Shown here: positions 48,833 to 59,760 of the stretch, piece by piece
Layout: every line of letters starts with the position of its first letter
How positions within the stretch are numbered: the first letter of the stretch is position 1
Source: an uncultured Acidobacteriota bacterium
GTDB lineage: Bacteria; Acidobacteriota; Vicinamibacteria; Vicinamibacterales; UBA2999
DNA: 64,000 nt
Direction: 5' to 3'
NCBI GenBank assembly: GCA_963846685.1
Contig: CAWJWY010000002.1
Coordinates: forward strand, 1,924,023 to 1,988,022
Translations under genes and position numbers: made by a program
Notes under the pieces: generated by a model
Told to the model about the DNA's origin: nothing
The model's database searches: none
What the model saw: the letters and a program-made list of their open reading frames with translations, nothing else

Positions 48833-50208
48833 TGCAGTTGCGGCGGCTCGAGCAGCGTCCGCAATTCCTGTTGCGCGCGCGAGAGCATCAGCAGCGCTCC
48901 GGCGGCGGCCGACGACGCTTCCCAGGCGCGCGCAACGTTGCCGCTGGAGATGGCGTCGAACCGGCCGTTCGCGGCGCTTTCGGCAAAGCGCCAGGCACCG
49001 ATCAGCAGGTCGTGCGTCGTGCTCAGCTCGTCGGCGGCAGTGACGCGCTGCAGCCGATCCGCCCCGCCGGTGAGGCGCCGTCGCAATGCGATGAGGCGGT
49101 CGGGGTCTGGGCCGTCAAGCCGGCGGATGGCTTCGAGCAGTGGCTGCGCCTTGACGAGTTGCAGCAACTGCGACGAGATGCTGCGCTGGTAGTCACGGTA
49201 GATGTCACGACGGAGCAGCCACTGGTCGCGGCGCAGGCGCAGCTGCCGTGCCGCTTCCAGCTGCTGTTCGACCTGCGCGCGCAGAGCCTGGACTGCTTCC
49301 GGACGCTTGCCACCGAGTCGGGCATCCTCCTTCGGCAGCGCATCGAGAATGCGCTGCACGGTGCTGACGCGGGCGCCGCGGGACGCGCGCGCGGCCGCGT
49401 CGGACAGCCGGCGTGACAGCCGCGCGTAGCGCTGGTCGATGTCGGCTTCGGCCTTGATCTGCTCCTCGGCGGATCGACGCAGGTTGCGGGCGGTGTCGGC
49501 ATCGATGCCAGTGCCGGGTTCGGCCAGCATCACCAGGGCAGACTGGAGCAGCGCAACGCGTTCCGCCGGCCGCTCGACGCGGCCCGCCAGCGCGAATATC
49601 TGGTCCACCTGTTCGCGGGCAGCGGGCATGCCGCTCACCGGCTCGAGCGCGAGTGGCGGCACCGTGACCAGCGACAGCGCGAAGCCGGACGCGGCGTTCG
49701 TGTTGCGCAGCCCGGCGATCGCCTCGTCCAGCAAGCCGAGGATCTCCCGCACGTCATCCTGGCGATAGCCGTAGTGCTGCTGCGGCCACTCGGCCAGCGT
49801 CCGGCGCGCCGATTCCGCCACTTCCAGCGCGCGGGCGCGGTCGGTGGTCAACGCGATGTCGTTCAGTACGCTGGCGATCTCGTTGCTCAATTGCTGGAAG
49901 TCGGCTTCGCCGCGGGTCGCAGCGTAGCGCTGGTAGCGGGCCGAGTCGGCGTACTGCTCGGTGCGCGGCCAGTTCACCGTGTCCGCCGGGAGCGTGACCA
50001 GGTGCAGCCGGGGATCGTCGCCGGTGCCGCCGGCTGGCGCGGAGAAGATGACGCGGTCACCGACCCGGGCGTACTCGCCGTAGCTCACCACCGAGGTGCC
50101 GTCCATCAGGAAGATGCGGAAAAGCGTCGCCTCCGCCGCGGCGAGTGCAATCGCCGGCACGAGCATGCACATGCATGCGCCGAGAACGGTACGAACCCAG
50201 GTTGCCAT
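48829..50208 (-). CDS. Secreted hypothetical protein, helical and Arg-rich, translationally coupled upstream of addB
   Basis: Signal peptide MATWVRTVLGACMCMLVPAIALAAAEA at Met 50208; stop overlaps the addB start (ATGA-type 4-nt overlap). Confidence 0.5.
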   Translation of the reverse strand: MATWVRTVLGACMCMLVPAIALAAAEATLFRIFLMDGTSVVSYGEYARVGDRVIFSAPAGGTGDDPRLHLVTLPADTVNWPRTEQYADSARYQRYAATRGEADFQQLSNEIASVLNDIALTTDRARALEVAESARRTLAEWPQQHYGYRQDDVREILGLLDEAIAGLRNTNAASGFALSLVTVPPLALEPVSGMPAAREQVDQIFALAGRVERPAERVALLQSALVMLAEPGTGIDADTARNLRRSAEEQIKAEADIDQRYARLSRRLSDAAARASRGARVSTVQRILDALPKEDARLGGKRPEAVQALRAQVEQQLEAARQLRLRRDQWLLRRDIYRDYQRSISSQLLQLVKAQPLLEAIRRLDGPDPDRLIALRRRLTGGADRLQRVTAADELSTTHDLLIGAWRFAESAANGRFDAISSGNVARAWEASSAAAGALLMLSRAQQELRTLLEPPQLQ

Positions 50209-50875
50209 GCTGCCGAAGCTGACATTGTACCTCCCGCAAAATGGCCTTCCGGCCGTTGCCGGCGGCTGCTGTGGAAAACCTGTGGATGGTGCGTGCATAT
50301 CCTGTGGACAACCGGACACGGCAACTTTTTCTCACGCGCGATCGCCGCGCTTCACCGCCGATCAGCCCTGTGGATGCGGCCTTCGTCACCCGCTTCGCTT
50401 GATCGTGTCGACCAGGCGCGTAGAATCAACGCCGTTCGCCCCCGCTCCTCAACACACATCCACCGTGACCGTTCATCGCTTCGAAAAAACCATTGGCGGC
50501 CGCGCGTACCACATCGAGGTGACGCGGGTCAGTACCAGGTGGCGAGCCCAGTTGCGGCGCATGCCGGGGATGCCCACCGCCATGATGCCGTTCTACGGTC
50601 AGACGCCCGACGAGGCGGCCGAGCTGTTGACGGAATGGTTGACGCTGGCACATCGCCGCGTCGCCGCAGCTGCCGTGGCGAAAGCCCCGCTGCCGACCTG
50701 ACATCGGGTATCCGGGGGCTGCATCAGACTGCTGCATGCGCAGTGCTGCATGGACAGTGCTGCATGGAGAGTAGCGCCCATCGCTGACAGATCAGGTCAC
50801 AGCCGGCAGACCATCCCGCCGGGTTGCGCCCGTCTCTGCCGTGCGCTACGATTATGTGTTCAGCGAGTCGTGAAC

Positions 50876-50951
50876 GGGCCTGTAGCGCAGTTGGGAGCGC
50901 GCCTGAATGGCATTCAGGAGGTCACCGGTTCGATCCCGGTCAGGTCCACCA
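50876..50951 (+). tRNA. tRNA-Ala (anticodon GGC)
   Basis: Cloverleaf: acceptor GGGCCTG/CAGGTCC with G3:U70; D arm GCGC-AGTTGGGA-GCGC; anticodon stem CCTGA/TCAGG with loop ATGGCAT; T arm ACCGG-TTCGATC-CCGGT; encoded CCA. Confidence 0.85.
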
Positions 50952-51164
50952 ACCTTTCATTTCCATCCGTCAATCGGCCGCAAGTAGCTGAAGGCCGGTG
51001 CGGTTACGCGGGTTCCAACAAAGCCTTTTCCGTCGAACGCGATTCCGTCCGGAAAGAACAGTTGTTGGAACCGCTGCCGCTGTTCGAGCGACGCCTGCAC
51101 CCAGAGGTCGGCGGCGCGCGGCAGAACGCGTTCTGCGAACGCCAGGATGCCCTCTACGTCGAGT

Positions 51165-52434
51165 TCATCGAGCTGGCCGGAGTGACGGTCGATCCGGAGC
51201 GAGCGTGAGCTCCTCGCGCAGTTTCTCGGCGTGGCGGTCGTACGTCTCGATGTCGATCGAGCGCTCGAAGAGGAACGCTTCGTCCAGACGGTCCAGCTTG
51301 TCCTGGATCGCCTTCGCCGCTCGCTCGGCGTTCGCGAGCTCCTCGCGCACCGCCGCCTTCCGCGCCTTCCAGATCTGCAGCACGGATTCCTTGAGTAGCC
51401 GCATGTAGCCTGGCGTTGGCTGCAGCAGCGCCAGTTCGTCTGCGAACAGTCCTTCGAGTTTCGCCTTCGTCACGTTGACCGCGCGGCAGCCAGGGCGGCA
51501 GTGGTAGTACGCGTAGTACTCGCTTCGGCCCTTCGACCAGCTGCCGGTGAGGCCTCGACCACAGGACTCGCAGCGCACGAAGGCGCGCAGCGGGAAGTCC
51601 GGGTGCGCCCGCTGCTGTGGCGTGGTGCTCGGAACGTCGCCCGGACAGGACCGCCTGCACGCGGTAGAACAGGTCCTCGGAGATCAGCGGCTCGAAGTCG
51701 CCGCGTTTTCCGCGAACGCCGTACTCGGTGACGTCCACGATGCCGGCATAGAGCTGGTTCCGCAGCAGCACGCCGATCGCTTGCGATGTGAGCGGACGGC
51801 CGCGCCGGTTGGTCAAGCCCCAGGCTCTTGACTGCTTGAGGAGCTGTTGCTTGGTGAAGCGCCCGGTCGCGTACTCCTCGAATGCTCGCCGCACAAGCGG
51901 CGCCCGCTCAGGATCGGGCATCAGGCTCTTGCCCATCGCGCGCGGCGCGTTCAAGTAGCCGATCGGCGCCAGGAACACCCAGCGGCCGAGCTCCAGTGCC
52001 GCCTTCATGCCGGCGCGCGTCCGGTCTGACCGACAGTCGTTGTCGAACTGCGCGAATGCGGCGAGCACGCCCTCCATCAGCTTGCCGGTGGACGTGTCGT
52101 CGATCGGCTCCGTCGCCGACCGCAGCGAGATGCCGAGCGACTGCAGGTGCGAGCGGAGCGCGAAGTGGTCGTACTTGTCGCGCGCGAAGCGCGTCAGGTT
52201 GAACACGACCACGAAGTGGACGCGGCCCTTGTTCAGCCGACAGAACGTGAGCAGGTTCTGAAGCTGGCTGCGATCCGTGGTCTTGGCGCTCTCGCCTTCC
52301 TCGTGGAAGCGTTCGAGGATCTCGTAGCCCTGGCGGCGGCAGTACTCCTCGCAGGCGCGAAGCTGCGTCGGCAGGCTGAGATTCTCGGTCTGCTCCTTCG
52401 TGCTGACGCGAACGTAGATCACCGCGCCGACCAT
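51165..52434 (-). pseudogene. Large serine recombinase (resolvase-domain integrase) split by a frameshift near 51600
   Basis: N-terminus MVGAVIYVRVSTKEQ (catalytic Ser), recombinase domain; zinc-ribbon/coiled-coil C-terminus CESCGRGLTG...YYAYYHCRPGC in the 51165..51578 frame. Confidence 0.7.
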
Positions 52435-52493
52435 GGTCGGCAGCGTAGATCCATTCGCCGGCTCGGGCAAGCTGCGTTTGCGAGGCACGATGC

Positions 52494-52679
52494 CTACTCG
52501 GAAACGCGACACTGCTCCTGGTACATCTCGACCACGATGCACGCCATCGTCTCTGCGTGCCGGCGGATGTCCTCGATGTCCTGATCGGTCATCGATTCCG
52601 CGTCCTCGCCGAGCAGTTCCCGACAGCGCGCGATCGAAATCGGCTCCGGCCTCGGATCCGCATGTTCGACGTACTCCAT
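52494..52679 (-). CDS. Small acidic hypothetical protein upstream of the recombinase (possible RDF/regulator)
   Basis: 61-aa ORF starting MEYVEHADPRPEPISIARCRELL; AGGGG 9 nt upstream. Confidence 0.25.
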   Translation of the reverse strand: MEYVEHADPRPEPISIARCRELLGEDAESMTDQDIEDIRRHAETMACIVVEMYQEQCRVSE

Positions 52680-53716
52680 GGGCACCCCTGCGAACTCGCT
52701 GCAGACGTTCGTGATGCGGTGGAGTGCGCTCGAAGCGCGCCGACCTGGTGCCGGCGCGCCGAGACGATGAGCGTGGATGTGGCGTGACGCCGACACCGAA
52801 GCGCGTGACTTGAAGTCGAACGCGCTGATCGCACGAGACGTGCGCGATCAATCGACTGGTTGTTGAAGGAGCTGACAGCGTTGCTCTGAGAGCGTTGGCT
52901 ACAGCGCTCCGCGTCTGGCAGGACTGCGGAGGGGTGCGCGATGGCACCGACGAGATCTTCACGATACGACTGCCGGCGCATCCGGTCAACGCCGAAATGA
53001 GGACGAGCTTCGTCGGCCATCACATAAGTGCGACCTTCGAGCTGCGCGCAGGCGTCGTCAAGGCCGAAGCCCGCAGGGTCGAGCGCAGCGAGAGCCTTGA
53101 CGGCGCCGAGCACAGCTCGATCCTGGTCATGTGATGGCCGATGTTCTGGGGAGAATGGTCGTGGAGAAGTGCGGGAAATTCTGGAGAAGATCTGCGCCGC
53201 GTACGCGCGTGACAACGCACGTGCAACCAGTGTCAGAAGAGCAGCTCAGAGATTCATCGAGTTGTTCTCCAGATTGCGGGTCGAATACCTTCTGCGCAAG
53301 CGGGTGGACTTTCGGCGCCGACACGGACACCGACAGCCTGTTCAGGCGGGCGTGAGCGACCACGTCCGTGGCCGCAGGCTTGGCAGGCCAAGCGGCCATT
53401 TCGGGTGGTCGCTCACGCCACGGGATTGCTGTTGGCGACCGCTTCGGCACTGGCGCCACCAGGCGGGCGGCAGAGTGCGCCGCCCGAGACGACAGGTCGT
53501 AACCTGCGCGGCGACCTGCAGTTGTCGCTTGCTCTCGTCGCGCGCGAGTGTCGCCGTCTTGTCGCGAGGACGAGTCCTCGAGCCGGATGCCGTCCAGGGG
53601 GAACACCTCGCGCGAGCCCCTGTCCCCCCTGTGTTCCCCTCATGTTCCCCCAACGAGGCGGATTAGCAGCGACCAGCCTCGGATGAGTGGTCGCTGCAAT
53701 TCGTGGTGCCGGTCGG

Positions 53717-54838
53717 TCACGTCTTCTGCTTCGCGATCCTCAGAACGGGGTTTGCCGCCGCTCCGAACCTTCGGCCGGGGACCTCGTCGGCGGTGATGGC
53801 GCCTTCCTTTTTCAGTTCGCGAACCAGCTCGTTGACGTGCTTCGGCAACCACCACTCAGGCCTGACGGCGGCGTGCAGATCCTGCCATCGCTCAGGACGA
53901 CGCGAGAGCCGATTCAGTATCCAATCGCGCAGAGGACGAAGGTCCGGCTCGGGCTTGATCAGGAACTGCTGATCAGGGTTGTCAGAGCGGCGGACCATGA
54001 AGCCGCCCGCCGGCGACACTGACCACGCGCATTCCTTCATCAGGTCGCGCCCGTCATTCGAGTTCGTGAGGTGCAGCAGGACGTACCGAGTCGCTTGTCC
54101 ACCCGTGACCATTCGCACCGCCGACGTCCACCACTTCGCGCCAATGCCTCGCGCCATGAGCGGAATCGCGCGGTCGAGACGCTCGTCCATGCCGTCGCCA
54201 ACAACCTCGGTACGCCAAGAACCGGAACCGAAGATCTCGTCGAGCGTTTGCGCATGCGGTGTGCCAGGGGCTGGCCGCTGCTGAACCAGCATGTCCAGCT
54301 CGCGCCACATCACGTTGATGAACAGCTCGACTCGACCAGCTTTCATCAGATCGCCAAGCAGGCCCGCAGGGATCTTGAAACCGTACGGGTCGACAAAGAG
54401 GAACGCGGGTGCCATCTGAGCACGGTCGCGGCGGAGTTCGTTGAGGATGGCGGACAGACGCTCGAATGCGTCACCCTCGCTCGTCTCCACGTTGACCCGA
54501 GCCGGAAATGGTTTGAGCTGAGAGAGCTCCGCTTCGAGCGCCGCGAGATTCGCGGGATCTCGCTCGATGAACAGGAAATTGAACTCGGAGGCGTTCAGCA
54601 GCTTGTCGCGGTAGGAGTGGCGCAGCAGCGTCTGAAGCGCGAGGACCGGTGACCCCGGGTCGCCGCTCTCGTAGCGCCCTCGACCAGCGTGGGTATCGAC
54701 GTACAGGACGCGCCGAGCCCAGGTACCGAGCTTCGGGTACCAGCCGTTCAAGTAGCAGCGAATCAGTTCGTGCTTGACGTGCTGAAACGGTCCGTACTGC
54801 TCCCAATAGGCGGGATTCGGGTCCGATCGCCGGGTCAT
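53717..54838 (-). CDS. tcmP: Three-Cys-motif partner protein TcmP (TIGR04474-like; methyltransferase-fold)
   Basis: N-terminus HELIRCYLNGWYPKLG...YVDTHAGRGRYESGDPGSPVLAL (xDxFAGxG-like); immediately downstream of and 4-nt overlapping a Gp37/Gp68 gene, the defining context of this family. Confidence 0.6.
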   Translation of the reverse strand: MTRRSDPNPAYWEQYGPFQHVKHELIRCYLNGWYPKLGTWARRVLYVDTHAGRGRYESGDPGSPVLALQTLLRHSYRDKLLNASEFNFLFIERDPANLAALEAELSQLKPFPARVNVETSEGDAFERLSAILNELRRDRAQMAPAFLFVDPYGFKIPAGLLGDLMKAGRVELFINVMWRELDMLVQQRPAPGTPHAQTLDEIFGSGSWRTEVVGDGMDERLDRAIPLMARGIGAKWWTSAVRMVTGGQATRYVLLHLTNSNDGRDLMKECAWSVSPAGGFMVRRSDNPDQQFLIKPEPDLRPLRDWILNRLSRRPERWQDLHAAVRPEWWLPKHVNELVRELKKEGAITADEVPGRRFGAAANPVLRIAKQKT

Positions 54839-55611
54839 GCATTGCTCGCTGCGAGAACGCGATGGAAGGCGAGCGGAAACTCATCGTACGTGCGGCCGTC
54901 GAGCGTCCGTCCGGTTTCGTGCTTCCGTGTGCCGCCCCACTGCTTGAAGAAGAAGGGCACCCGCTGCGCGCGGCATTGACGACGGATGTTGACGACCCAA
55001 TCTCGAAGCATCGGACGGGCGCGCGGGCCGCTCTCTCCGCCGACGATGACCCAGTCGATCTTGCGCAGGTCGAGAGGCCCGAGGTCGGCGAGCAGGGGTT
55101 CTACCGAGAGGAATCGAAGGCGTGCCGGCGTGTCCTGGAGCGACCGAATGCGAGGCAGACCGTAACGTCGATCCTCGACGCTGACACCGAAGGCGACGTG
55201 TTCGAGATCGGCCATCCACCGCAACTCACCCAGCAGCAGTTCGCGCAGTCGCTCGTCTCGCTTAGTGAGGACCTGAAACAGGTGCCAGTCAGCTTGTCGC
55301 ATGACCTCTCCAACGCGACCGATGTAGTCGGCTGGAACGTCATCGTGAAAGAGGTCGCTCATCGAGTTGACGAAGATCTTCCGCGGGCGTCGCCAGTGCA
55401 GCGGTTGCTCAAGCTTTTCGGGCACCAGTCGGAGGTCGAAGCCCTGCTCGAAGGGGTGTCCAGGCACGCCGCGGAAGCGCTCAGAGAACACCTCCGCGTA
55501 GCAGAATTTGCAGCCCGGGCTCACCTTCGTGCAGCCGCGGACCGGGTTCCACGTCGCGTCCGTCCACTCAATCGCCGAGCGGTCGCTCATGGTGGACCAG
55601 TTTACGTCCAT
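54835..55611 (-). CDS. Phage Gp37/Gp68 family protein (DUF5131)
   Basis: IEWTDATWNPVRGCTKVSPGCKFCYAE three-Cys N-terminal signature; 258 aa. Confidence 0.8.
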   Translation of the reverse strand: MDVNWSTMSDRSAIEWTDATWNPVRGCTKVSPGCKFCYAEVFSERFRGVPGHPFEQGFDLRLVPEKLEQPLHWRRPRKIFVNSMSDLFHDDVPADYIGRVGEVMRQADWHLFQVLTKRDERLRELLLGELRWMADLEHVAFGVSVEDRRYGLPRIRSLQDTPARLRFLSVEPLLADLGPLDLRKIDWVIVGGESGPRARPMLRDWVVNIRRQCRAQRVPFFFKQWGGTRKHETGRTLDGRTYDEFPLAFHRVLAASNA

Positions 55612-55729
55612 TCGGTGACAGGGCAGGTCACACGGAACAATCGCGAAGATTTCCAGTTCACTTGACTATTCGTTTCAAGTTTATTCATAGTTTGTGAATA
55701 TTACGGCGGACACGTTCAAGAGACGAGCT

Positions 55730-56813
55730 TATGAAGAACTCCTTGGTGGTCTTCGTCGTTCTCCTGTTTGTGGCGCATGCGTCGGCTGAATGCGAAGCAG
55801 GCACGTACCGCCCAGAACCGCAACGCCTTCGGACCCAATCTCCACGATTCTCGACGCGTTCAAAACCCACGAGATCGTGACGCTGACGGATCCACACGGC
55901 AATATTCAAGTTCAGGCGTTTCATCCTGGAGCTTGATTCGCGACCCACGATTTCGCCAGGCGGTGAACGATATCGTGATCGAGACGGCGAGCGCGCGGTA
56001 CCAGGACGCGATTGATCGCTATGTCCGCGGTGACGACGTCGAGAGAGCCGTCTTACGGAGAGCCTGGGAGGATCACACCGTCGCGAATAGTCTGGGGGTT
56101 CAAGCGGAAGAACTGATCCAAGCCGTCCGTACGGTCAATGCTTCAGCGCCGAGGAAACGGGGAGGCTACGTATCATTGCTGGTGACCCGCCGATCGATTG
56201 GGGCAACATCACTCGCCGCAGGACGGCAGTCGGTGGACAGAGCTTCGCGACAGCTACCCGGCTGATCTCATTCGACGGCAGGTTCTCGATCGTGGCCGCC
56301 GCGCGCTTGTCGTCTACGGACAGGGTCATTTCCAGCGCCGTCAGATTGTCGCCAACTACGACATGTCCACGTGGCAGGCGCAGACTGTCGTCAGTCTGCT
56401 CGAGCGGGACCACGGCGCGCATGTCTTCAACGTTTGGACGCTGGTGGACAAGAACGTCGAGACTTCCAGCGGGCGTCACATCGTGGCGCGTCCCGAGTCT
56501 TGCGGCCCTGCGAGGCACAACGCTCGGGGCCAGAGACTTCGGACTGTACAACCGCGGCTTAGGTGACGGAACCCGTTTTGGCGTGAAGGGCGGTCAGCTG
56601 GTCCCGGTCCCACAGGCTGAATGGAAGACGATGCGAATGGAGGATCAGTTCGATGCTCTCCTATACCTCGGGCCACCCACATCGATGACCATCGCCTCAG
56701 TGCCGGCCGCACTTTGCGAGGACGCGGACTTCGTGAAGCGTCGGGTGGAGAGGCTTAGCCGCTTTGGACCTCCGATCGAGGTTCAGAACTTCAAGAAGGC
56801 CTGTGGTCTTTGA
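55730..56813 (+). pseudogene. Secreted protein gene broken by >=3 frameshifts (function unknown)
   Basis: Starts with signal peptide MKNSLVVFVVLLFVAHASA; coding potential then passes through the 55768, 56198 and 56292 frames. Confidence 0.45.
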
Positions 56814-56860
56814 TCCGTCAGGTAGGAACGACGTCTTGAACCGGACTGGGTAGCCCGACT

Positions 56861-57191
56861 GTGCCACGCGACTACTTGACCGACTTCCAGTTGATGCTGT
56901 TGCTCGCGATTCTGCGAGTAGGCGAAGAGGCGTATGGTGTGCCCATCGCGCGCGAGATCGAGGCCTCCGGTGAACGCACGGTGATGCTCGGGGCCGTCTA
57001 TACTGGCCTCGACCGGCTTGAAGCCAATGGATTGGTTTCATCAGCGTCGGCTCACCAACAGCCGAGCGGGGCGGTCGTGCGAAGAAGTACTTCCGTGTGA
57101 CGCCAGCTGGCCTGAAGGCGGTCCGGCAAGCCAAACGGGCATTTACACGGCTATGGTCTGGGGTGCCAGGCTTGGAAGGAGGACGCTCATG
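56861..57191 (+). pseudogene. PadR-family transcriptional regulator with a frameshift near 57050
   Basis: LLLAILRVGEEAYGVPIAREIE...VYTGLDRLEANGLVSS in one frame; PadR C-terminus AERGGRAKKYFRVTPAGLKAVRQAKRAF in the next. Confidence 0.55.
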
Positions 57192-57779
57192 AAAAAGACG
57201 CGTACACCTCTCCAGCTCGCCCTTCTTCCCTATCTTCTCGGCGATGATGAGCCACTCGTTGGGGATCTCGTCGAAGAGTGGCCTCGACGATCGACCGCCT
57301 GGTTCTGGCGTCAGGTCGTTTTTGCGGTGCTGGCCACGGCTGGGGCGACCGCATCGGCAGCATTGCGCGACCCGCAACGGCTGACCGGAGCGCTTGGGGC
57401 CACTGCGATCTTCCTCATTCTGAGTTTTCAGGTCGTCGTGGCTGGCAGCCTACTCGATGACCTGATTCGGCGGATCGACCGCACCCAGGTGACCCGAATC
57501 GATCACCCGGAGTGGCTGCTGTTTTTCGTCCTGTTGTCGCTCCCGGTAGCGTGGTTTATCGGGAGGGCAATCGGTGTCCTGCACCATCGTTCTCGTGCTG
57601 CGACAGTCGTAATTGCTGGCGCCGGTGCCGCCGTCGTCGGGGCGGTGACCGTCTCTGTATTGAGCGCGACTGATGCCTTCTTTCCATCAGCCGCCCAGCA
57701 AACCGCGGCGGGCATGGTGTTTGTGCTCGGGTTGCTGACCGGGAGCTCGAGCCGTTCTCCTCTCGATCGACAGGCCTGA
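57188..57779 (+). CDS. Membrane protein partner of PadR (hypothetical)
   Basis: ATG overlaps the padR stop (ATGA); 4-5 predicted TM helices. Confidence 0.45.
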
Positions 57780-57915
57780 TTCGGTCCCCGTCAGTCGTCA
57801 CGCGGACTGTATCAGCCCGCTCATGCGGTGCAGCCAGTTGAACACTTGGTTCCAACTGGCGATGTTCAGGTCCACCAACCTTCCCCTCTCTCCGCTCTCC
57901 TTCTAAAGGATTTCC

Positions 57916-58419
57916 TCAGAGAGACCCGGGGCGTTCTCGAGCGGTGTCGTCCGGCGTGAGCTCCTGCGACATGCGGCGGATCGCGCGGCGCTCCTCGCTG
58001 GAGATCCGACGACCCATCGCCGAGCGCGAGACTGACGCGATGCGCCGGCACGCGGTCAACAGCGGCCGCCACCGTACCAGGCGCTCGGCAGGCGACAAGG
58101 CGCCGAGCATGCCACGCAACGCCTGCCGGCTGTTCTCGAAGAAGCTGCGCGGCGGCCGCTTCGCCAGCAAGTCCAGTAACCGCTCGTATGCCGGGCCGCC
58201 GTCGATGCCCATCGCCACGGCCACCTCGATGATCGACAGCCGCTCGCCATCGGTCACATGACCGTCTGCCCACGCAATCTCCAGCAGTGGCGCCGTCGTC
58301 AACACGTCGACGGTCGCGGCCGAATAGCCGGCGCGGACCACGGCAGTCAGCGCGTCGGCGTCCGACACACCATACGCCGCGGCCATCCGCCGTCGCAACG
58401 CACCGAGTTCGCTCTGCAT
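57916..58419 (-). CDS. TerB-like (tellurite-resistance TerB/DjlA-N family) protein
   Basis: DGHVTDGERLSIIEVAVAMGIDGGPAYERLL TerB motif; GGAAGAGG SD before Met 58419; the longer 5' extension of the ORF is antisense to ychF and was discarded. Confidence 0.5.
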   Translation of the reverse strand: MQSELGALRRRMAAAYGVSDADALTAVVRAGYSAATVDVLTTAPLLEIAWADGHVTDGERLSIIEVAVAMGIDGGPAYERLLDLLAKRPPRSFFENSRQALRGMLGALSPAERLVRWRPLLTACRRIASVSRSAMGRRISSEERRAIRRMSQELTPDDTARERPGSL

Positions 58420-58654
58420 CTCGCCTCTTCCTGTGACCGACCGCCCGCCCTGGTTCATGTACCGCTCAGTGCGCCGCGCCGGCAAGACTCGTGCCTCGAC
58501 AGCGATTCGCCGGCATTGCTCCTTCAAGGGTGCCGCGCGGAAGTGCCCCTTTAGACCCTCCGGGCGACTGTGTGGTTTGCACCGGTCGTGACCGGCTTCG
58601 TTACGCTTCCTGGCCCGAAGGGGTCGCGGCGCCAATGCCGTACTATTGAGGGGA

Positions 58655-59758
58655 ATGCTCAGAGCAGGAATCGTCGGTCTCCCCAACGTCGGCAAGTCCA
58701 CCCTTTTCAACGCGGTGACGCGGACGCGCAAGGCGGAGGCGGCGAACTACCCGTTCTGCACCATCGATCCGAACGTCGGCATCGTCACCGTCCCGGATGC
58801 GCGTCTCTACGAGCTGCAGAAGATCGCGAAAAGCGCGCAGGTCATCCCGGCAGCGATCGAGTTCGTCGACATCGCCGGCCTGGTGAAGGGTGCAAGCCAG
58901 GGCGAGGGGCTCGGCAACAAGTTCCTGACCCACATACGCGAGGTCGACGCCATCGTGCAGGTCGTGCGCTGCTTCGAGGACGCGGACGTCCATCACGTCG
59001 CCGCGACCGTCGACCCGGTGCGCGACATCGAGATCATCAACACCGAGCTGATGCTCGCCGACCTCGATTCCGTGAAGAAGCGGCGGGAACGCATCGCCAA
59101 AGAGATCAAGCGCGGCGACAAGGCTGCGGCGGCGGAAGATGCCGTGCTGGAGAAGGTCGAAGCGGCGCTCGACTCCGGCAAGCCGGCGCTGACCGTCCCG
59201 CTGACGCCGGAGGAGCGCGCGCTGACGCGGCCGCTGTTCCTGCTGACGGACAAGCCGACTATTTTCGCGTGCAACGTGAAGGAAAACGATCTCGCGACCG
59301 CTGACAGCAATCCGCACGTCATGCGGGTGCGCGACTACGTGCAGACGCACCTGGCGTGCGAAGCGGTGGTGATCAGCGCCCAGATCGAAAGCGACCTCAT
59401 CGACCTGGAGCCGGATGAGGCGACCGCGTTTCTGCAGGACCTTGGTGTCCCGGAGAGCGGCATCGGCGCCCTGATCCGCTCGACCTACCACCTGCTCGGC
59501 CTGCAGACCTACTTCACAGCCGGCGAAAAGGAGGTCCGCGCCTGGACTATCCACCGCGGCGACACGGCACCGGTCGCCGCCGGGGTGATCCACTCGGATT
59601 TCGAACGCGGCTTCATCAAGGCCGAGACCGTCGCCTACGGCGATCTAGTCGCGTGCGGTTCGGTCGCCTCGGCCCGCGAGAAGGGCCTCTACCGCATCGA
59701 AGGCAAGGAGTACGTCGTCGCAGACGGCGACGTCCTCCTCTTCAAGTTCAACGTGTAG
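58655..59758 (+). CDS. ychF: Ribosome-binding ATPase YchF (Obg-family GTPase)
   Basis: [17 protein letters not shown]1 motif, TGS/YchF C-terminal domain; ATG 58655 (alternative TTG 58646). Confidence 0.85.
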   Translation: MLRAGIVGLPNVGKSTLFNAVTRTRKAEAANYPFCTIDPNVGIVTVPDARLYELQKIAKSAQVIPAAIEFVDIAGLVKGASQGEGLGNKFLTHIREVDAIVQVVRCFEDADVHHVAATVDPVRDIEIINTELMLADLDSVKKRRERIAKEIKRGDKAAAAEDAVLEKVEAALDSGKPALTVPLTPEERALTRPLFLLTDKPTIFACNVKENDLATADSNPHVMRVRDYVQTHLACEAVVISAQIESDLIDLEPDEATAFLQDLGVPESGIGALIRSTYHLLGLQTYFTAGEKEVRAWTIHRGDTAPVAAGVIHSDFERGFIKAETVAYGDLVACGSVASAREKGLYRIEGKEYVVADGDVLLFKFNV

Positions 59759-59760
59759 GC

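Larger units (their letters stand above)
50940..57882. mobile_element. Integrated genomic island at the 3' end of tRNA-Ala, bounded by 17-bp direct repeats (tcaggtccaccaacctt at 50940..50956 and 57866..57882)
   Basis: Exact 17-bp repeat of the tRNA 3' end 6.9 kb downstream; large serine recombinase adjacent to attL; cargo of phage-associated genes (TcmP, Gp37/Gp68) and several decayed genes. Confidence 0.7.

Noticed and set aside
50465-50701. 78-aa GTG-initiated ORF (VTVHRFEKTIGGRAYHIEV…) upstream of tRNA-Ala
   Set aside because: No SD or family support; possibly real but evidence insufficient, so not listed as a feature
53028-53666. 212-aa ORF between recombinase and tcmP
   Set aside because: Arg/Ser-rich low-complexity translation, overlapping opposite-strand ORFs of similar quality; no support for coding
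58420-58731. N-terminal extension ([20 protein letters not shown]…) of the TerB-like ORF
   Set aside because: Overlaps antisense with the ychF start region; an internal Met at 58419 with good SD gives a plausible 168-aa TerB-like protein
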